Below, one piece after another: positions 58,901 to 64,000 of a stretch of DNA of 64,000 nt. Below the pieces are notes generated by a model. The model saw nothing but the letters and a program-made list of their open reading frames with translations. It had not been told where the DNA came from and searched no databases. Position 1 is the first letter of the stretch; each line of letters starts with the position of its first letter. Both the position numbers and the translations under genes were made by a program. Source of the DNA: Candidatus Doudnabacteria bacterium RIFCSPHIGHO2_01_FULL_46_24 (GTDB taxonomy: Bacteria; Patescibacteriota; Doudnabacteria; UBA920; O2-02-FULL-48-8); the NCBI GenBank assembly GCA_001777575.1, contig MFEL01000012.1, forward strand, positions 2,027 through 66,026, in the 5' to 3' direction.

Positions 58901-61900
58901 CAGTCACGCTTGCCGACAGTACCGCGACTTGCAAATTCGGCGGAGGCATGAAGGTAAAGTCAGGAGGCGGAGGCGGTGGAGCACCCGGAGTAAAGGAAGT
59001 TTCAGGCATAGTCGGACCAACCCCGATGTTGTAAGTAGTGTTTGGGCTGACTGGCAAGCTATAAGTACCGGTCCCGCTTGTAAGTGTTACGGTAGCTTTA
59101 GAGAAACCATTCGGAGAGCTGGCAAACACATCGACAACAGTAGCCGGACTCGTATTCGGACCCGTAATCGTACCACCAATGGTAATGGCCGCGGCATTGC
59201 TTAAGGCAAACTTCTTGGTGACATCGCCGGAAATGGTAATCGGCTGGGGCATGGAATTAAACGCCACGTTAATCGCCGCAGTCGGCTTGATCCCAACCAT
59301 ATACTCGCCGTTGGCCAAACTGCTAAAGGTTGCTACTCCACCGGAAGCGCCGGTCGTGGTGGTCGCTTCTTGCCCGCCGGTTGCCGGACTGAACAAGTAA
59401 ACAGTCGCGCTGGGAACTCCCTCGCCGCTGTCTTTGGTGTTGTCCGAATTGGCATCCTTAAACACATGGACAGTCAAAGTGTTTGATCCGGTGGAGCCCA
59501 GGAAGAACGGCGATGCGGTCAAGGTTTGCAGAGTGGCGCGGTTATTGGCTACCGTGTCTTTGGTCTGAAGGCTGACCGTGTAGCCGGAACTGCTTGGCAC
59601 CGTGGAATTCACGATACCTGAGACATCCATGCATAAGAAGGAATTGGTTCCAGTGGCGGCTGTAGCCGTGGTGATGGTCACGGTGCCGGAATCATTATCC
59701 GCGGCCACCGAACCAATGGTTGGCGCACCGGTTCCCTGGCCATTAAGATCAGCGTTACAGAAACTGTTGGCTACTGCCACTGCCGCGGCTCCGCTTAAGG
59801 TAAATCCTGCCGGGAATGTTAAGACAATCTGGCCGGTGGATGGAATTGAGGTTGAGGCCAAAAACTCAATATGGTAAGTGGAAGTGGCTCCGGCTCCGCG
59901 GCTCATAGGTGTAACACGGGTCGGGTTCATGCCCTGCATGCCCGGATCAATAGTACCGGTGCCGGGCCCAATTTGGCCGCCAGTAGTGGTGGAATTTTGG
60001 ACCGTGCCGAATGAAGTGTTAGCAGCCGGCGTGCCTGTGGTTTCCACAACATTGCTGCTTAAGTCCTGCATGACTGTAGCTGCCGTGATTTTGTAAGTGT
60101 TGCCATTTTGCAAAGACAAACCGGTGATGCGGGCGGTTTTGGTGCCGGCTTCATAAGTCACGGTTTTTCCGCCCAAGCCGATGGTTGAGCCCACTGGGCT
60201 TTCCAAAGTATAGTTGGCAATGTTGTCAGCCGCGTTTGGTCCGCCCCCACTCTTCATGGTTTCGTTGAACGTCGCCGCGACGCTGAAGTTGTCGGCATTG
60301 CTGAAGCTGATAAACGGCTTGGTGGTATCGGGAGCGAATTTAACGGTAAAGGTACAAGTGCTATTGGCCGCAAGCTGGTTGGCAGAAAGATCTTTCACAC
60401 CACTGGCGCCCGAGACGATGGTAAAGGTATAACCGGTATTGGCGGTAAGCGCAGTAGATGGCACGAGGTTAGCGCTGCGGCTTTGCGGATTATAGGTGAC
60501 AGTGCTAGTGACTGTTGCATTGAGGTCAGAAGTCAAGGCCAATTTCAGGCGTCCGCTGATAATGGTTGCCGGGTCCATGTCTTCGGAAAACCCGGCTGTG
60601 ATGACAGCGCCCGGGCTGACCTCCGTGGTTCCACAGGCCGGACTGACGCCCAGCACAGTGGGAGGAGTTGTGTCAGCGCCGGAACTGGTGCGGAAGAACA
60701 GCAAATGAGGTTGTCCGCCTCCGTTAAACGCCGTGCCTGTCGAAGAAGTCGCTGTAGTATTGACTTTTGCCACATAGTCAACACTGACAGTAAGCGTGCT
60801 AGAAGGAGTCAGCGTCAAAGTCTTGCTGGGTGAATCATAGGCTTTGGTTGTGGTCACCGCTGTGCCGGGTTGCCCATTAACAGCAGTAAACAAGCCGACG
60901 TTGGCATCAGCCGTGATGTCACCGCCGCCGCTTGAAGCCATTCCCTGGCTGAAGGTCAGTTTGATCGGCGCGCCGGTGGGATGATTTTGCGAGCCGGAAT
61001 TTGGCTGGCTGCTCTGCACAAATGGCGGCGTGGTGTTGGTGCCGCCGGTTGAGCCGGTGGTAAATCTACAGTTAATAGTACAAGTGCCGCCAGCCACCAG
61101 CGCATTGCCAGCCGAATCCTTGACTCCGGAGGTCACTGTGGTGAAGTAAGTTGTGGAAGGAGCCAGTGAGCCTGGGAAGTTGTCCAGGCGAAGGGCCGCG
61201 CCATTGACCGCATCCGCGCCCGAAACCATATGGAAGGCGTAAGAATTATTGTTGGAAGCATTGGCTGTGGTCTTGGCGAAAAGCATATCACCGTTTGACA
61301 CAGCGGTGGCCGCGGTGACTGCGCCTTCCGCTCCTGGAGTCAACTTGGAAACTTGTGTAGAAACGGCAAATGTCGGAGCAGCTGATCCTCCGTCGAGCCG
61401 CAGAGCGCTAGGAGCAGCCCCGCTGATATTTTCAGCAGTAGTTACCAAATGCCACGCGTAAGCATTAAGATTGTCGGCATTGGTAGCTACCTTGGCAAAG
61501 ACCATATCACCCTGAACCAAGTCTAAAGTTAAAGCGCCCGAACCGTTTACCGCTGCAGTAGCAGTTGGCGTGATGGTTGAAAACTTGGAGCCGGAAACAT
61601 AAGTTGGAGCTGCCGCCGAGGAATCCAGGCGCAGGCTTGAGCTATTCACGGCAGCTGCTGTAGTCACCATGTGCCAGTTATACCGAACATCAGTTGGATT
61701 AGCCGTGGTATTAACCACAATAATATTACCCAAAGAAACAGATGTGGCGTCACTTACAGCTCCGGTTGCGGCCGGCGCACTGCCAAACTCGGTGATCTGC
61801 ATGCCGCCGAATGCCGGGAAGCCGTTGACCGCAAATGTGCCGGAAGTCAAAGTTGCGTCCGTAACCAAGCCGACTTCAGGCGGGAAGGTCTCGCGCTGGG

Positions 61901-63830
61901 TAATGACAATGTCGCCTGCTACCGGGCTGGCATAACCAGTGGGCGGCTGCGGTGAAATGGCATTGGTCCCCATCATGTGGTAAAAAGCAGTCGATGTGGA
62001 TCCGACTTTGGCAAAACGCGAGCTTGCGGTAAAGGTCGGAGGAGCCGAAACTACCACGTCAAATCCGTCAGGGAACGGCCGGAGGCCAGAAGCCACCGCG
62101 ACCGCGCCTGCATTGCCGCACGCGGCCACGCTGCAGAATGTGACATTGGTTGGGTTGATCGTGGACTGGTCAATGTTCTCGTTAAAGCCCACATGGACGA
62201 ATGCGGAAATAGGAACACCGGTGGAATTGTCAGCCGGGAAGGTCGTGCTGACATTTATCGTGGGCGCTACTGTATCAACCGTGATCGTGTTGGTATTGGT
62301 CGGAAGACTGGCGAGGCTGACGGCATCGCTGTCAGAAATGGTCACATTGGCATTGGCCCGGATGCTGACATTGAATTGCTTGCCGTTGGTGGGGACGGCT
62401 GCGGTTCTACCAACAATGTAGAAATCAGAGCCGACATTGCCGGCTGTGGTATTGTCCGCGGGAATAGCCGGAGCGCTGGCCGGAGTCAGAGTTGTCGTAT
62501 ATGGCCAGAACGCAGCCGCAGTTCCGCCATCCAAACGAAGGGCAGTGCCGGCGGCACCCGCTCCGCCAGTGGTGGCTGCGTGAAAATCATATCCTGCCAC
62601 TGGCGCGGCATTTAGCACTGGATTGGCAAATACTACATCGCCTGCTGTGATTGTCGGAGTTGCCGCAGTGGCGAGCCCCGTGCCGGATGGCGTAATTTTG
62701 GAAACTTGGGTGGAGGTGCTAAAAAGCGAAGTGGCAGAAGCGCCGTTGATGCGAAGTACTGAGACCGTGCCGGTTGCTGCCACGGTTTCCGCGGTGGTCA
62801 CCACACCCCAGGCATATCCTGAACCGGTGGTCCCAATAACCAAATCGCCAACCGCAAAGGTTAACCCTTGCGTAAGCTTGCCGGCAACAGATGCGTCAAC
62901 TGCAGAGGTAGTAGGAGAAAAAGAAGAAACTTTTGTAATTTGATAAGCAGTGGCTGCAGTTAAGTTAACACCGTTAATCGCAAAAGTATTTTGATTGACG
63001 CTGGTGGCATTGGTGACAACTCCCCATGTGGAAGCGCTAGAGCCGGTTTGAAACTGCACAATATCGCCCAAGACTGGGGTAACGCCGCTAGCCCACAAAG
63101 TGCCGCTATTAACCGTCCAAGCATTAGCGCCGCTTGCGCCTGTTGTGACATTAAGCGTATTGCCCGCTCCGCCGCCCATTTTGGAAATTCGGTAAGTGCC
63201 AGCTCCTAGTGCCGCGCCGTTGACGGCAAATGTGCCGGAAGTAAGCGTGGCATTAGTGACAATGGCCCAGACGCCGGCGGTGGTCGTGCTTTGATAAAAG
63301 ACTATATCGCCGACTGCCGGAGTGGTGTAAGTGCCGCTGGGGGCAATGGCGCTGGTGCCAGCCACTACAATAGTAGCGGTTTGAGTTGGCGTCAGAGCAG
63401 AAGCGCGGGTAGCGGCGCTGTAAGTTGGCGCGCCGCTTAGAGTGACCACGGCATCGCCGTTGGCTCCGTCCACAAACGCTCCATCACCGCCGGCAACCGC
63501 GCCGTCAGTGTAAAGAGCAACACCGGAAGTAGCACCCGTGGCTGTGGCAGCCAATTCCGTTGCCGGATCAAAACCTGTGGGGCCGGCGGCAGTGACTTGC
63601 ACTGAGCTCAATGTTCGGGCTGTGCCATTGGCCAGGTTCAAACCCAACACAGCCGTGGGGCTGCTGGAAGCCTTGATAGTAGCGCCGGTTAATATAAATG
63701 TGTTGACCAAGGCCGAAGTGCCGATGTTGGCAGCTAGAGCTTGCTCAATGAAAAGTCCGAAACTGCCAGCCCAAACCAAAGTCGAGGCGGTCAGAACGTA
63801 TGCGATAAATTTTCTCATATTTGTTTTCAT
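55962..63830 (-). CDS. Giant secreted surface protein (2622 aa; Ig-like and carboxypeptidase-regulatory-like repeats)
   Basis: Signal peptide; T/G/A/S-rich; DT.APT..P Ig-like starts; repeated ITGTV..G..VSNA units; VSHFS motif; C-terminal GTL..G.. repeats. Confidence 0.85.
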   Translation of the reverse strand: MKTNMRKFIAYVLTASTLVWAGSFGLFIEQALAANIGTSALVNTFILTGATIKASSSPTAVLGLNLANGTARTLSSVQVTAAGPTGFDPATELAATATGATSGVALYTDGAVAGGDGAFVDGANGDAVVTLSGAPTYSAATRASALTPTQTATIVVAGTSAIAPSGTYTTPAVGDIVFYQSTTTAGVWAIVTNATLTSGTFAVNGAALGAGTYRISKMGGGAGNTLNVTTGASGANAWTVNSGTLWASGVTPVLGDIVQFQTGSSASTWGVVTNATSVNQNTFAINGVNLTAATAYQITKVSSFSPTTSAVDASVAGKLTQGLTFAVGDLVIGTTGSGYAWGVVTTAETVAATGTVSVLRINGASATSLFSTSTQVSKITPSGTGLATAATPTITAGDVVFANPVLNAAPVAGYDFHAATTGGAGAAGTALRLDGGTAAAFWPYTTTLTPASAPAIPADNTTAGNVGSDFYIVGRTAAVPTNGKQFNVSIRANANVTISDSDAVSLASLPTNTNTITVDTVAPTINVSTTFPADNSTGVPISAFVHVGFNENIDQSTINPTNVTFCSVAACGNAGAVAVASGLRPFPDGFDVVVSAPPTFTASSRFAKVGSTSTAFYHMMGTNAISPQPPTGYASPVAGDIVITQRETFPPEVGLVTDATLTSGTFAVNGFPAFGGMQITEFGSAPAATGAVSDATSVSLGNIIVVNTTANPTDVRYNWHMVTTAAAVNSSSLRLDSSAAAPTYVSGSKFSTITPTATAAVNGSGALTLDLVQGDMVFAKVATNADNLNAYAWHLVTTAENISGAAPSALRLDGGSAAPTFAVSTQVSKLTPGAEGAVTAATAVSNGDMLFAKTTANASNNNSYAFHMVSGADAVNGAALRLDNFPGSLAPSTTYFTTVTSGVKDSAGNALVAGGTCTINCRFTTGSTGGTNTTPPFVQSSQPNSGSQNHPTGAPIKLTFSQGMASSGGGDITADANVGLFTAVNGQPGTAVTTTKAYDSPSKTLTLTPSSTLTVSVDYVAKVNTTATSSTGTAFNGGGQPHLLFFRTSSGADTTPPTVLGVSPACGTTEVSPGAVITAGFSEDMDPATIISGRLKLALTSDLNATVTSTVTYNPQSRSANLVPSTALTANTGYTFTIVSGASGVKDLSANQLAANSTCTFTVKFAPDTTKPFISFSNADNFSVAATFNETMKSGGGPNAADNIANYTLESPVGSTIGLGGKTVTYEAGTKTARITGLSLQNGNTYKITAATVMQDLSSNVVETTGTPAANTSFGTVQNSTTTGGQIGPGTGTIDPGMQGMNPTRVTPMSRGAGATSTYHIEFLASTSIPSTGQIVLTFPAGFTLSGAAAVAVANSFCNADLNGQGTGAPTIGSVAADNDSGTVTITTATAATGTNSFLCMDVSGIVNSTVPSSSGYTVSLQTKDTVANNRATLQTLTASPFFLGSTGSNTLTVHVFKDANSDNTKDSGEGVPSATVYLFSPATGGQEATTTTGASGGVATFSSLANGEYMVGIKPTAAINVAFNSMPQPITISGDVTKKFALSNAAAITIGGTITGPNTSPATVVDVFASSPNGFSKATVTLTSGTGTYSLPVSPNTTYNIGVGPTMPETSFTPGAPPPPPPDFTFMPPPNLQVAVLSASVTGQNFVLTTTDKTITGTVNDSTGTGISNAGVFCRPVATSTTGTASGFGTGGMTNTSGAFTIRVTAGTYTCGVFKPGMPPASDKQVNVPTSGTNSPASLAFVLDASTSLTISGTIKDDSGNAIPYAGVGGRKVNSTSDTTAIGGDSGNFAGGPTDSNGAYTLYVTAGTWVVEAFAPGFGRLGSKTVTVGSSSLTGQDFSAQTLSLGTITGTATKATVAQQGVMVRAEGSNGGNMGITDSSGNYTIKVPVGTYSITCFFPGVGESTPLTGVAVALNTTTENQDCTLAAPITITVNIDNGGGNGVENVGIDVRDNNGRGNFTNVSTTSGGVSSYVISVPPGTYTVRAGHPAYGKIGETTGVNTTRTISYTASSGQLFAVTGTVTASGSALSSAWASLNGTPTGTTNRIFLGGQTGSDGTFSISVPPGAYTLRVDKPGYRSPATSSITVVNAAVAAGTVTLTAAARTITGTVRLSGSGVSNAFVDANDGLGGYAVAQTNAAGVYSLAVDNGTWSVSAHGKGYEGGPITVTVASNSPTDQDISLTAITGFTVKAEKPETITPTSGGFLTNTDIGANFQLNIPANALGTGSNAATVTTTSNTGIPNPSSGTILKKNAVTISAVDSSGSPIKNLNDEVVIKIPYTEADLPSGTVESTLVVGVYNDATQSYDTLTTTVDTTNNVLTATVSHFSDFVPLVPASGTTTTTTTNNNTGGSSGGGGSQPTPGSGINTGDTVAVTPTSPASGSGSATRARPNGTLINDNGTIYLVKNGKRLGFRNEKEYLSHGYRFSQAVPATAADRALASESAVAKAMEGTLVLDASDGRTVFMIGLNGAKRGFTSFDVFKGLGYNMTGVPKIDLSDYPSGSPIGSASEPHPEGALVKEGKTVWWIRGNQKTGFESMQVFNTYGFKISDVARANTADTALAEGPIVKFRDGTLVKDGADYFLVSDGKKLKFASSADLSAKGYSAANAISASLAPYESGGNVE

Positions 63831-64000
63831 AATTATGCCTTTCTAAAACAAAGACGCGCCTGTTCTCGACCGATACAGATGCGTCCTTGCTTGATTATTG
63901 ACGAAAAAGAAAACCGAGGCAGTAGGACTCCCAAATTGGAAAAACCCTAACAATCCCTGCGAAGTTTTGTTTTTCACCGTTGATTTAATTGTTTTGCTTT

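Noticed and set aside
1-64000. Additional remote DGR variable repeats
   Set aside because: None noticed by eye; a BLASTN of TR against the window and genome is needed to exclude them

Overview
The window looks like a chromosome segment from a Candidate Phyla Radiation (Patescibacteria-like) bacterium. This taxonomy is inferred from gene content only. From left to right it holds: a defence island (HEPN-like protein, Shedu/DUF4263 nuclease, type I hsdM-hsdR, and a DUF3800 gene with a 3' hairpin); a MerR-HTH/HATPase + STAS pair; an ECF sigma/anti-sigma pair; a frameshifted DUF2207; pnp-rpsO; and a complete diversity-generating retroelement (DGR). The DGR comprises an RT, an inverted avd, a 95-bp TR, and a target whose VR differs from TR at 15 positions, 14 of them TR adenines. 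Next come a XerC/D recombinase (on the + strand, contrary to the ORF track), lipid-related genes, ABC/MacAB transporters, msrAB, four tRNAs, guaB-add-guaA followed by a remnant of a second guaB, and a type IV pilus cluster. The right end has three 41-bp direct repeats bracketing a cell-wall hydrolase + putative immunity gene and a PaaX/Cas2-like gene, then a 2622-aa surface protein. The most notable items are the DGR architecture, the repeat-bounded PaaX/hydrolase cassettes and the DUF3800-RNA cassette. All calls come from motif recognition by eye; no searches were run.
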